The notes: generated by a model from the letters alone, not told the origin. 63,988 nt of DNA, filler included, from Octopus bimaculoides (GCF_001194135.2; 5 parts of 5 records of this genome joined end to end with filler, not necessarily neighbours in it), one strand, 5' to 3'; positions 10,315-22,099 are shown, counted from the whole stretch's first letter. Made by a program: numbers and translations.

Positions 10315-12489
10315 AACACGCACGCACATACAGACTTATATTTGTACAGGATGTCAGACCGCCATTCATGCAGAATGTGAAATCGAGCAGAATGTGAAGA
10401 AGAATTCTCAAAAGCTGTAGTGTAGTAAATAAAATAAACGAGTTGATTCACCCGACTGACACCCACTTCCCTCACTTTCCACCCCTCACATCTCACTTGA
10501 ACATCACTACAATCCAGCTGCCATGTCATNNNNNNNNNNNNNNNNNNNNNNNNNNNNNNNNNNNNNNNNNNNNNNNNNNNNNNNNNNNNNNNNNNNNNNN
10601 NNNNNNNNNNNNNNNNNNNNNNNNNNNNNNNNNNNNNNNNNNNNNNNNNNNNNNNNNNNNNNNNNNNNNNNNNNNNNNNNNNNNNNNNNNNNNNNNNNNN
10701 NNNNNNNNNNNNNNNNNNNNNNNNNNNNNNNNNNNNNNNNNNNNNNNNNNNNNNNNNNNNNNNNNNNNNNNNNNNNNNNNNNNNNNNNNNNNNNNNNNNN
10801 NNNNNNNNNNNNNNNNNNNNNNNNNNNNNNNNNNNNNNNNNNNNNNNNNNNNNNNNNNNNNNNNNNNNNNNNNNNNNNNNNNNNNNNNNNNNNNNNNNNN
10901 NNNNNNNNNNNNNNNNNNNNNNNNNNNNNNNNNNNNNNNNNNNNNNNNNNNNNNNNNNNNNNNNNNNNNNNNNNNNNNNNNNNNNNNNNNNNNNNNNNNN
11001 NNNNNNNNNNNNNNNNNNNNNNNNNNNNNNNNNNATATATATATATTAAAGCTGTGATAACAATACGGAGAGGAAAGATAGAGAACAAGCCGGAACTATT
11101 TATATTCATATACATACACTTATATAAACTATATAGCGTATGTATGTGTGTGTGTGTGTGTGTGTGTAAGAAACTTCGTTTCGACGGATTGTTCAAGCTG
11201 TGTTCCACTGAACATCATAACAATGTTTTCTCCAGAGCGTATCTATATTCGCGTGACTACAATGACACAAAACAATTAACAAAAGCACGGTAAACGTTAC
11301 CAGGCCCCACTCGTTCGCGAGTGACGGCTGAGTGTACTGCGCTAAATGTTACTTTTACACTGGAATATCATTATTGACACAATCAATGAGACGAAGAATT
11401 CACATGTTATAAACTTTCTATAACTATTTATGTAAGCATTAGAGTTCCTTAAAGCATTTGTACGAATGGCTACGAAAGATCTTTCGGTCAGTTACAGGAA
11501 GAAAAGGAAGAAATATAACTGAATTCTTTGTTGTTAGATATTGATATTCTTTTAAGAAGTTGACATTTCTCTGAGACTGAGAGCAATTTTTGTTGAACGA
11601 GATGGATGTGTTCGGAAAACGGAAGACGAAGCTTAATAGAAGAGAAGAACAATATTAACGAAATATACATAATATTGTGAGAAGGTAACTGCAATGAGAA
11701 GCAGACGACAGCTACTAATAGATGCAGCTGAACATAGACACAATAGAGACCTGAAAAGAACAAAAAAGGATATAAAAGAAAAACTGTATTTCATAACCTG
11801 ACACTGGAAGACATATGAATTATTAACAAAAGATTTTAGAACCATCTATGAATTCGATAACAAAACAAATCGATGATCTTACCAGAGGCTTCGATGACAT
11901 AAGAGAGACTACAAAATATGTCCGAAAATGTAAGAATACAACGGAAGAGAAAAATGAGGATACAATACAATTGTTGAATTCTGTCGTTTGGTTTAAACTT
12001 AACGACCACTACACAAGCTATTTTATGTAACATTGATAAATTATTCGAAAGATATACTGAGAATGATAGTTAACGTGATCCACGAGAAAATAATTGATAT
12101 TTATTTCCACAAAAATTATGAGTAACGACTAGAAAATGCTATTAAACTAAAATAATAGTGTGAGTATTCAAAATGTGTTTGCTGCATGAAAAGTCATAAA
12201 ATATATTTCGTGAAGACCATCCTGTCGACGAAATAACAAAGTAATTCTGGAAATACAATTGCAGTGTGTGTATTCTTCGTTGCAGCATTCCCATAATACT
12301 CTAGTATATATATGTTTACACACACTCGCGCGCGCGTTTGAGTTTGTGTGTGTGTGTAAGTGTATACTAGAGTTTTATATATATATATATACGTGTGTGT
12401 GTGTATGCATATCTACCTATCTATATATCAACGTATCTATCAATCTACATACACGTATACTTTTATCAATATATATGTATAGTGGTTGT

Positions 12490-12848
12490 CTACTCCTTAA
12501 ACAGAGTTTGACCACCTCCTGCACCTACACCTTATCCCTTTCATGGCGTCTGATGTGGCTTTTTAAACCAGACAGTGTTTTGAAAAAACACCCACACAGA
12601 TTGCACCTCTGATTTGCACTACCAATACCTGCAAGTAAGTTCTGCTCATTGTGGATCCTAACATGTCTTTTAAGACCCCCATTGGATTTGCAGACCCTCT
12701 GGCACACACCACATTCAAACGTGTGCACAGACATATAATCAGAATAGCTGGATGAGGTTTGTTTTCCATGGGTTCGCAGGTGAGATTTGAGGCCAGCCAA
12801 GGACAGACATGGTCTGTCACAGACTGTGCACACAAAAAGGTCCTTGTC
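12490..12848 (-). mobile_element. 3' end of a LINE (probably RTE-like) whose ORF ends in three C2H2 zinc fingers
   Basis: Reads CTVCDRPCLSLAGLKSHLRTH, CGVCQRVCKSNGGLKRHVRIH, CNLCGCFFKTLSGLKSHIRRH, then a stop at 12525-12527. There are no TGEKP linkers. The short tail AGGAGGTGGTCAAACTCTG..AAGGAGTAGACAACC ends at a microsatellite, and a second decayed copy lies at 27968-28146. Confidence 0.7.
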
Positions 12849-14677
12849 NNNNNNNNNNNNNNNNNNNNNNNNNNNNNNNNNNNNNNNNNNNNNNNNNNNN
12901 NNNNNNNNNNNNNNNNNNNNNNNNNNNNNNNNNNNNNNNNNNNNNNNNNNNNNNNNNNNNNNNNNNNNNNNNNNNNNNNNNNNNNNNNNNNNNNNNNNNN
13001 NNNNNNNNNNNNNNNNNNNNNNNNNNNNNNNNNNNNNNNNNNNNNNNNNNNNNNNNNNNNNNNNNNNNNNNNNNNNNNNNNNNNNNNNNNNNNNNNNNNN
13101 NNNNNNNNNNNNNNNNNNNNNNNNNNNNNNNNNNNNNNNNNNNNNNNNNNNNNNNNNNNNNNNNNNNNNNNNNNNNNNNNNNNNNNNNNNNNNNNNNNNN
13201 NNNNNNNNNNNNNNNNNNNNNNNNNNNNNNNNNNNNNNNNNNNNNNNNNNNNNNNNNNNNNNNNNNNNNNNNNNNNNNNNNNNNNNNNNNNNNNNNNNNN
13301 NNNNNNNNNNNNNNNNNNNNNNNNNNNNNNNNNNNNNNNNNNNNNNNNNNNNNNNNNNNNNNNNNNNNNNNATATAAATATATACTAACCCCACACCTCT
13401 CAATTGCTGGCCTTGTGTAAAAAAATTGAAACCAATATAACAGATGAAACAAGCTTCACCCGACAGCAAAACAAACCGAGACAGAACACTAACTGAAAGA
13501 ATCTATAAATAAGAATACACGATGATGTACACACTTCATGAATACGGGGGTTACCAGGCGGTGCAATAAGAGACGGGCAAAATGTTGCTATGCATTTTCC
13601 CGGCATGCTAACGGTTCTACCAACTCGCTACCTTTGTTTCTTCTGTTATATCAGAGTTTGTTCCGTTGTGAGCCGTGTGCAAGCCGTGCCAAGCGATTGA
13701 GTTAGAGATACAGAATGATCTGCATAGCTCAAAGGAATTCTCCTGGGACCCTCAGCTCTTGACATAGACGTAAGCGCACAATCGTGGCATAAGGCATATC
13801 TTGGGTACTTTGAACCTGACGGAGCCCATTCCTGTCCAGGTTTTGACGTAACTTTCTCTCTGTCTTTCTGTTGAGAATGAAGGAAGGAGATAGACGGAGA
13901 TAGACAGAGGGAGAGAGAGCGCGGAAGAAATAGAATTGAGACTAGTAGTGGACTGGTATTTTATTTATCGACCTCCAAAGAATGAGGAATCAATGGTGAC
14001 TTTGACAGGATTTGTATCTCAAATACTGCCAGGTATACTAGCCAACGGTTTTACAAACTCTACCAGGTCACCTCTTAATTCGTATACCTCAGAACCGCGC
14101 AATCAAATAGAAGCATCTTGTCATTTGTTGTAATATCCTATAACAATCGATATAATTGTCAATACCCCACAAACGAAATTTCTGGTCTTGTGCCAATGTT
14201 AGAAATCAATGTTTTGTGGCGATATCTTCATTGAAATACTGTTTGCTAACCCACTGGACTTGTTTTAGCGATGCTAAGGTTACATCGAAATTACACAAGA
14301 AAATCAATGTCACCAACAATACGTTGTGCATGTAAAGTTTGAGTCTGACAAATTAATACAAACAGGAACTATGTTTTGTTGATGGCGTCTAATAAGACGT
14401 TGAGAGTTGTCAACACATTTGCTTTTAGACTTAACTCACTCATGGCTTCATGGTTGTCGTTCATCGTTTTATAATCTTTTTTATTGACAAGAATTACTAA
14501 TTAACAAATGATTGTTCCCATCGTTACAGGTGTATTTTTAATTGATTTTTGTTTTGCTTTTGGTTTTCTACATTAAGTGAGTTAACCGCCATTTTTCTAT
14601 TGATACAATGTCGAATAATTGCAGAGCTAAGTTCAAGCGTTTTAATAAGTTTAGAATTGAGGTTCTTATTCGTAGTT

Positions 14678-14750
14678 GCCTCTATAGCTCAGTGGTTAGA
14701 GTACTGGTCTTGTAAACCAGTGGTCGTGAGTTCGATCCTCACTGGAGGCT
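14678..14750 (+). tRNA. tRNA-Thr(UGU): tRNA-Thr (anticodon UGU)
   Basis: Complete 73-nt cloverleaf: acceptor GCCTCTA/TGGAGGC, D-arm GCTC/GAGT, anticodon arm CTGGT-CTTGTAA-ACCAG, T-arm GTGAG-TTCGATC-CTCAC, discriminator T. A TTTT Pol III terminator follows a few nt downstream. Confidence 0.95.
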
Positions 14751-15818
14751 TCTATTTTCTGTCAACTTTTTGGTATCTGCTCCTCTGCAAAACCAACCCA
14801 TTAGTTAAATTTATATTATTTGCAGTGCTCCAGCATGGCCGCACTCCGATGACTATAAAAGGCAAACGAGTAAAATCAGATTGATCGGCAGCAATTTCTA
14901 CAATAGGAATGCTCTGAATTGAGAGATCAACGCTACGATATTATGGATATCTGGTTAAAATGTCTCCGGAAAGAATCTGGCTGTAAATTTTGATCTGAAA
15001 AATTAGACTTATATGCCAGAAAATACGGTAAATTTATGTGCTCTTCTCAAATACGCGATTTTGCGGGCCGTTTTCGAAGAGTTCAGACTGAGAATTGCTT
15101 AACGGCGTTATCATGTGTTGCGAATCGCGTGACAGACAGCAGGTGTGGGGATACATACAGAAGCGATCACTTACCAAAAGACTCCTTACATAAAACAGAC
15201 ACCGTAACAAGAAACGTATTAGTAAAGATATTAATGCAAATTAGCAGGAACAGAGGGAGAGAAGTAGGAAACAAAGTCAACAAATTCTTAATTGACTCAT
15301 TAAAACAATACAAACAATAAGGCGAAGAGGGCAACAAATAGGAATTATACACAAGAGGATACGGGTAACATGATGGTCGCTCCCGTCGGTTTCGACGTAC
15401 GAGGCTTTGAAGGAGAGAACTTGAAGTTAAAGAGAGTAATATAAAGAAAGAAAAGAAAACACTAAGTAGCTGCGTCTATTTGCGATGGATGTGTGAATGT
15501 AATTTGAGTCCACTGATGATTTTGATTTTGCTTAGAATTGGGCAAATGTGTCAGTTGGTTGCGGGATATAATTCTTCTTTGGTTCATCTTTATTTTTTTT
15601 TTCAACACAACAGCTGGAATAATGACACAAGTGGATCAACCGACAAATACTGGGTGACACAAAATCAGAAAACAATTCTCTTGTAATTTTCCCCATTACA
15701 TAGTTTAATGATAATTTGTATAGCGAAGTCAATTAAAGACCTAACACTCGAAAACCCAGTCTTAAAGACATTAAGAATTCCAGTGTAAGGAGGCAGCCAT
15801 ACTTGATCGATATCTATA

Positions 15819-16411
15819 GGCACTGGTGTGGTTGTGTGGGTAAGAAGTTTACTTCCCATCCATGTAGTCTTGGGTTCAATCCTAACGTGCGGTTCCTTGG
15901 GCAAGTGTCTTCTATTTTAGCTCCGGGCTCACTAAGGTTTTTGAGTAGACTTGATTGTTGCAAACTGAAAGAAACCCGTCGTTTATATATNNNNNNNNNN
16001 NNNNNNNNNNNNNNNNNNNNNNNNNNNNNNNNNNNNNNNNNNNNNNNNNNNNNNNNNNNNNNNNNNNNNNNNNNNNNNNNNNNNNNNNNNNNNNNNNNNN
16101 NNNNNNNNNNNNNNNNNNNNNNNNNNNNNNNNNTATATATATATACACATACATACATACATATATACATATGTGTATGTATATGTGTATATATACACAT
16201 GTATATGTGTTTGTTTCTTTGTTCCCTCTCTTGGTTTGTTTATGTTCCTGTAACTTGGCAGTTCGGCAAAAGAGACTAATAGACTAAGTACCAGACTTCA
16301 AAAAACAAAAAAATATATCGGGGTCGATTTGTTCGACTAAAACCCTTCAGGGCAGTGCTCCGCCATGGCCGCGATCCAATGACTATAACAAGTTAAAGAT
16401 AAAAGATAAAA
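15819..16411 (+). mobile_element. SINE family A (gap in its internal (TA)n tract)
   Basis: tRNA-like head, GGGCAAGTGTCTTCTA core, internal microsatellite, and tail GTGCTCC.CATGGCCGC...(GATAAAA)n. Confidence 0.85.
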
Positions 16412-16580
16412 GGTCACAGAATCGTATATTTTGAAGAATCTAATCAGAACTTTACCTGCCGCGTGCTATCTATGGCTCTCAGCTTTACTACGACCGCCAT
16501 TTTAAAATCTCAATGAAGCAGTTGTCACGATGTTTTGTCAACAAACTCCAAATTAATATTGTTTTTTTTTGTCTTTGCAG

Positions 16581-16697
16581 AGTTGTTGCTAATGCCGTCT
16601 CCACGAGTACTACTACGTCTACGTGGTGCCCAGATGGAAGATATGCAAGCCAGAACGGAGATTGTCTACTGTGTTATGACTATTGTCATAGATCCGG
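16581..16697 (+). CDS. Exon of furin-like cysteine-rich (EGFR domain IV-like) protein; the frame is also open upstream to ATG 16513
   Basis: Acceptor tttttttttgtctttgcag and donor GG|gtacg. Encodes VVANAVSTSTTTSTWCPDGRYASQNGDCLLCYDYCHRS(G) and ends in phase 2. Confidence 0.8.
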
Positions 16698-17094
16698 GTA
16701 CGTTTTTATTCATGACATTCCAATAAAAATAGCAACTATGTTGTAGTAGCTGTTCTGAAGAACCAGAAATTTATCGACGGCTTGTTGCGATATCCTCAAA
16801 TTTCACCATGAAATATGTTTCTGGTTTATTTAGCTCTGAATTACGCTATTTATGACCTTTATTATTTTTTAAATAGAACCTTGAAAGCATGCTACTAAAG
16901 GGGCTCTTTATTTAGTTTCTTGGTCAGATAGAAATAACAGCTAAACCTCTCTCGGATCATAACCTATGGCGGAGAAACATTGGATTATGTAGTCCAGTTC
17001 TATTCAGCAAGTCAGTTAAAGGTGTGAGTGCCAAGCAGAACAGGAGTGGAGAGAGCGTGTCTCCCTGGAATATTCCTCTTCTAATGGGGATAGC

Positions 17095-17131
<37 letters not shown>

Positions 17132-17310
17132 GGATGAAATTTCGATTAAAAGGCAGTTCTTTTCCTGTAAGTCATTAGCAACAATATTCAGTCGGTTAAC
17201 CTCGTGTTTCTTGTCTGTATAGATTGACATATCCAAGAATATGACCACATTGTCATTCTCTAAGACGCTTTTTTCCGGTGTTAGAAGGAAAGGTCTAATT
17301 TCTATTGGTA

Positions 17311-17706
17311 CTTTTTACTCTTTTACACGATGCAGTAATTTGACTGCGGCCATGCTGAAGCACCGCCTTTGTCGAAGAAATCGACCCTAGGACTTATTCT
17401 TTGCAAGCCTAGGACATATTTTATCGGTGTCTTTTGCCGAACCGCTAAGTTTCGGGGACATAAACACAACAGTATCGGTTGTCAAGCGATGGTGAGGGGA
17501 CAAACACAAATACACCCCCCCCCCCTTTTTATATATATACACACGACGGGCTTCTTTCAGTTTCCGTCTACCAAATCCTCTCACAAGGCTTTGGTTGGCC
17601 CGAGGCTATAGTAGAAGACACTCGCCCAAGGTGCCACGCAGTCGAACTGAACCCGGAACCATGTGGTTGGGAAGCAAGCTTCTTACAACACAGCCACTCC
17701 TGCGCC
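17311..17706 (-). mobile_element. SINE family A, full length, intronic
   Basis: Reverse complement of the family A consensus, from GGCGCAGGAGTGG to the (GTAAAAGA)n tail. Confidence 0.9.
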
Positions 17707-17867
17707 TATATTTCATAATGGTATTTCATAATGCTAACATAATTTCCTGTATGTGGCAGTTCCTTGGCTAAAACAAGGGAGCCTGAGACAACGTGACTGT
17801 TTCTTCCTAATCGGCATTTGTTATCATATTGAATATGTTTGTCTTGTTTTTTTTTTATATAATTTAG

Positions 17868-18042
17868 CTGCACAGGACCGTCAGCTTTTGTTGGACCAGG
17901 TGGTTGCCGAAACTGCTGGAAAGGTTTGGAAATAAATTCGACCCATATAAAATGCATTATTCCATATTTGGAAGGATGTGCTGAAGGTTATTATCTGAAG
18001 CAAATACCTACGCACCAAAGCCTTCCCTTGTCTGGTTCTGAG
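17868..18042 (+). CDS. Internal exon of the furin-like cysteine-rich protein
   Basis: Acceptor ttttttttatataatttag and donor GAG|gtaagt. Its 175 nt (1 + 58 codons) convert phase 2 to phase 0. Encodes CTGPSAFVGPGGCRNCWKGLEINSTHIKCIIPYLEGCAEGYYLKQIPTHQSLPLSGSE. Confidence 0.88.
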
Positions 18043-18132
18043 GTAAGTCTAAATATTATATAACGAAATATATTTTATTCAGTCAATTCCGGAATAATGG
18101 CGAGTGTGTTCAGTTGAATAGAGTATTTGGTT

Positions 18133-18375
18133 AACGTGTTGCACTCACGATAACGATAACGTAGGTTCGATTTCTGGACCGGGCGATGCACTGCGTTCCT
18201 GAGCAAAACAAGTCATCTTGCGTTGCTCTGCAACCACTTCTACATCTTACGTGTGGCACATTGTGTACCTGTACAGGCAATGTTGATTTGATAGATGGAA
18301 TGAGCTTATGTGTCGCACAAACATTTGATCCCTATAAACAGATCATCTGTGCAGGCTGTTCTGCAAGAAATTGCA
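18133..18375 (+). mobile_element. Diverged tRNA-derived SINE-like element, intronic
   Basis: GGTTCGATTTCTGGACCGGGCG B-box region followed by a CTGAGCAAAAC core-like sequence. Confidence 0.5.
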
Positions 18376-18789
18376 GAGCCATTTTTTCTTAGATTCGAGA
18401 GGCCGTTATTAACCCATTAGCGCCCATGGTCCGTTTTTTAGGACCAGAAGGATAATCTCGTTCTGTACATTACCAGATGTAATAAGTTGTCCTTAACTTT
18501 TCCAAGTGTAATAACTTGTCCTGTAATTTTCCAGGTTTATAATCTTAAGAACATTATTTCTCTTGCTCGCATTTTTCCATGTAATATATTATTTGGAAGA
18601 ATATATTACTCTGGTTTCTTGCTTTCGCGATCGTACTCTTTCGGTTACTGCCCAACATTCATGACCATAGATGAATATAGGTACGAAAACCGAATTGAAG
18701 ACATCAAGTTTAGTTTATTTTATCGATCTCTCTTATTATGAGAATCGAATGCTGGAACTGGCGCATTACTGTACCGGCACCTGCAATCC

Positions 18790-19110
18790 TAGTATCAAAA
18801 TCAGCTTCCTGTCGCCCTTTGAAAGGCTACAGCCCTGGTACTACAGACATGCGATTGGAATGTCGCAGGAACGAATCGCCAGAGGAATTCTTCAAGTCGA
18901 GCCAACCCGTAAGCAACCTCGTAGCAGACTGAGAATGAGATAGAGGAATAATATCCGTTGTCTCAGTTGGTCACACTTTGCGTGGGACCAAAGCTAAAAG
19001 ATCTAATGATGGTAGCTTCTGACAGCATCGCATGGAGGAAGTGTCTAAGGACTCACCCTCACGATCTCCAGGGAAAGCTGGGCCGAAACGATGGAGGGGT
19101 GGATATATTG
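18790..19110 (+). mobile_element. Decayed RTE-type LINE C-terminal fragment, intronic
   Basis: ERLQPWYYRHAIGMSQERIARGILQVEPTRKQPRSRLRMR*...VASDSIAWRKCL resembles the RTE motif W-GHV-RM--ER--R--L---P-GKRPRGRPR-RW...A-DR--WR. Confidence 0.7.
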
Positions 19111-19338
19111 CTTTGTAGTATTCTTAAATGCCCCTATCTAATACGATTTTTATGTACCTTATATATGTTGTTGTTTTTTTGTTCCTAAATCTGCTCTTAC
19201 CGAGCAGACTTATGTTCAAAGACACTCATCCATTTCTAGTCCTTTAATCCATTTTACTCTTTTATGTAGGAAAATCGTGCTTAAAACGCATAACATTACT
19301 AAGTGTTGATTCTGACTTTGTATCTCCTAAATTTGTAG

Positions 19339-19614
19339 GTGTGCCTGCGCTGTCATGAACTCTGCTCTTCGTGTCTCGGGCCGGGTGTATCTTACTGCGT
19401 CAAGTGTAAATACTACAAATTATATAACATCTGCGTCCGTTACTGTCCTTCCGGTACACAGGCGGATCAACAGAATCGTCGTTGTATCGATCCTAGCAAC
19501 AATCGAAGGCAAACATTGATTCGTTACCTTTACAACTCAAAGCTGAATACCACAACATCATCATCATCATCATCAACAGCAGCAGCATTATCATCGTCTA
19601 CACCTCAACAGTAA
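19339..19614 (+). CDS. Terminal exon of the furin-like cysteine-rich protein
   Basis: Acceptor ctaaatttgtag, phase 0. Encodes VCLRCHELCSSCLGPGVSYCVKCKYYKLYNICVRYCPSGTQADQQNRRC plus a Ser/Thr-rich tail, ending at TAA 19612-19614. Confidence 0.85.
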   Translation: MCLRCHELCSSCLGPGVSYCVKCKYYKLYNICVRYCPSGTQADQQNRRCIDPSNNRRQTLIRYLYNSKLNTTTSSSSSSTAAALSSSTPQQ

Positions 19615-19649
19615 TAAACAGAAATTGAAATATTTCATTCGCGAATAAA
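19613..19649 (+). terminator. Candidate polyadenylation signals
   Basis: AATAAA at 19613-19618 (overlapping the stop) and at 19644-19649, followed by U-rich sequence from ~19690. Confidence 0.5.
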
Positions 19650-19780
19650 CACTTTAAAGCAAGCATGGAGAATTTAAAGTCAAGCTTTATCAGTTTTTTT
19701 TTGTTTGTTTTCCTTTTTTTCTTTTTCCTTGATTCTTAAGTTTCTTTTTTTTTAAGGTTTGTAATTTTCCAAATGATCAA

Positions 19781-19880
19781 NNNNNNNNNNNNNNNNNNNN
19801 NNNNNNNNNNNNNNNNNNNNNNNNTTAATTAATTAANNNNNNNNNNNNNNNNNNNNNNNNNNNNNNNNNNNNNNNNNNNN
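19781..19880. other. Artificial scaffold linker
   Basis: N44-TTAATTAATTAA-N44. Confidence 0.97.
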
Positions 19881-20348
19881 ATATATATATACATATATAT
19901 ATATATATAATTCGTATTTGTATATGGTTTGCAAGATTCTTGATGTGAATTTGTGTGTGAATTCGTGTTTTGAAAGAAATATTATTGAAACTTGGGAGGG
20001 GCATTCTGCCGGTAATAATAAACACAGTTGCTGGTTCGGTCCTTTATGAAAACTGACCTTCGTATCTGTTGTAGTGTATAAACACACACACATATATTCA
20101 TACATACACACGCTCACATATTCATCTCAGGCAGTTCTCGGACAAATTCCAACACTGGAACATAAGTTCAAAAGAAATGGAACTAGAGAGACATGCCACT
20201 GTAAAGATTGCAGCAATGCGGTAAAATATTTATTTGACAAAATAAGGAGTAACGACGCGAATAATACTGAACAATAACAATAAAGGACCGAACTAGTGCG
20301 TGTGATTATTATTACTGGCATAATGCTCCTCCCAAGTTTCACTAGTAC

Positions 20349-20504
20349 ATGAGTGGCTGTGTGGTAAGTGGCTAGCTTACCAACCACATGGTCCCGTTTT
20401 CAGGCCCACTGCGCTGCATCTTGGGCAAGTGTCTTCTACTATAGCCTCGGGCCTTGTGAGTGGATTTGGTAGACGGAAACTGAAAGAATCCCGTCGTATA
20501 TATG

Positions 20505-20557
<53 letters not shown>

Positions 20558-20670
20558 ATGTTCGTATGTGTGTGTTTGTCCCACCAACATCGCTTGACAA
20601 CCGATGCTGGTGTGTTTATGTCCCCGTAACTTAGCGGTTCGGCAAAAGAGATCGATAGAAGAAGTACTAG
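20349..20670 (+). mobile_element. SINE family A (3' end lost in gap)
   Basis: Head, core, (TA)n/(TG)n tract and the start of the tail match the consensus. Confidence 0.85.
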
Positions 20671-21074
20671 NNNNNNNNNNNNNNNNNNNNNNNNNNNNNN
20701 NNNNNNNNNNNNNNNNNNNNNNNNNNNNNNNNNNNNNNNNNNNNNNNNNNNNNNNNNNNNNNNNNNNNNNNNNNNNNNNNNNNNNNNNNNNNNNNNNNNN
20801 NNNNNNNNNNNNNNNNNNNNNNNNNNNNNNNNNNNNNNNNNNNNNNNNNNNNNNNNNNNNNNNNNNNNNNNNNNNNNNNNNNNNNNNNNNNNNNNNNNNN
20901 NNNNNNNNNNNNNNNNNNNNNNNNNNNNNNNNNNNNNNNNNNNNNNNNNNNNNNNNNNNNNNNNNNNNNNNNNNNNNNNNNNNNNNNNNNNNNNNNNNNN
21001 NNATATATATATATATATATATCCATATATATATTTATATATATATCCATATATATTTGTGTGCGTGTATACAA

Positions 21075-21485
21075 GCGTGTCAATATGGCAGTAAGCTTGC
21101 TTACCGGCCATACGGTTCTGAGCTCAGTCTCATCGCGTTCTACTTTGGGTAAGTATTTTTGCACTACAGTCTTCAACAGACCAAAGTCTTGTGAGTGGTT
21201 TTGGTAGACGTAAACCGAAAGAAGCCCATCGTGTACATATTTATTTGTGTGTATGTGTGTGTGCGTCTCTTTTTATGTTAATGTGTCTTTGTGTCAGTGT
21301 TTGTCTGCTCAAGTAGCTTGCCACCCTGTTCTCCTGTTACGTACCTATAACTCAGTGGTTCTCAAAAGAGACTTATAGCATAAGCATCAGACTTAAAATT
21401 AAAAATAAATACTGAGGTTGCTTGTTTCGATAAAAAAATAATACTTCTATGTGGTGCCCCAACATTGACGCAGCTTAATAACTGA
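21075..21485 (+). mobile_element. Older, diverged SINE family A copy
   Basis: Same order of head, GAGTGG.TTTGGTAGACG core, microsatellite and tail. Confidence 0.65.
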
Positions 21486-21699
21486 CACAAAGAACGGATA
21501 AAACATATATCAGCAGATATCTATTGTTACACTAATCACATTTACAACCTTAACATCTAAGATATTTCAGGGGTTTGTATAACTGTTGATATACAGATGG
21601 GTGCAAGCATAATGCTCTAGTGATGACATTCCTTTCATAATCTCTTGTATCTTCTTTTCGTATCACTGATCAATATTTTCACTACGTCTGCATTTCACA

Positions 21700-22082
21700 T
21701 GATGTTATATTGACCGCATATCTTTTGTACCTTTCTCGAGAGGCCTTTGGCATAGGGTAGACTGACTGCGTTCGGTTTATGGATTCCGTCCTCTCTCTTC
21801 TTCCTCATTGGAGTGGATAGTATGTTCTTTGAGTTGTTGTTGCATAGCAGATTGTTTCTTAACCTGATCATTTCTTCCTGGTGTGTATCAGGATCGCTGC
21901 TTATAACCTTTTCTCGGTGTTTTAGGCACTGAGCAATTCCTCTCTTTATACTGTATGGGTGGTAGCAATTGTATTGTTCAGTGATGGTTGGGTCCCGTTA
22001 TACGGATGTCCTGAACCCATACTCAGGACGTGTTATTAATACGTCCAGGAACATACCCAAGTACTACTAGATGTTGTGAACT
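21700..22082 (-). mobile_element. Penelope-like element RT C-terminal/thumb fragment (left arm of an inverted pair)
   Basis: Minus strand reads FLDVLITRPEYGFRTSV*RDPTITEQY-NCYHPYSIKRGIAQCLKHREKVISSDPDTHQEEMIRLRNNL...SLPYAQGLS..VQKICGQYNI. Confidence 0.8.
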
Positions 22083-22099
22083 TATATAGCTATCCATAC

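Noticed and set aside
10350-10420. Possible terminal exon CQTAIHAECEIEQNVKKNSQKL*
   Set aside because: It is a single short candidate at a scaffold edge, with no partner exon or recognisable domain.
11480-12030. Purine-rich stretch with coiled-coil-like peptides (RSRRQLLIDAAEHRHNRDLKRTKKDIKEKL; MNSITKQIDDLTRGFDDIRETT)
   Set aside because: There are multiple stops and frameshifts and no motif I can name. It could be a decayed gene or TE ORF but is unsupported.
16581-19614. Labelling the cysteine-rich gene as EGFR or PCSK5/furin itself
   Set aside because: Only the furin-like module is present, with non-homologous S/T-rich ends and an in-frame stop. No receptor-L, TM, kinase or subtilase exons are visible, so no gene symbol was assigned.
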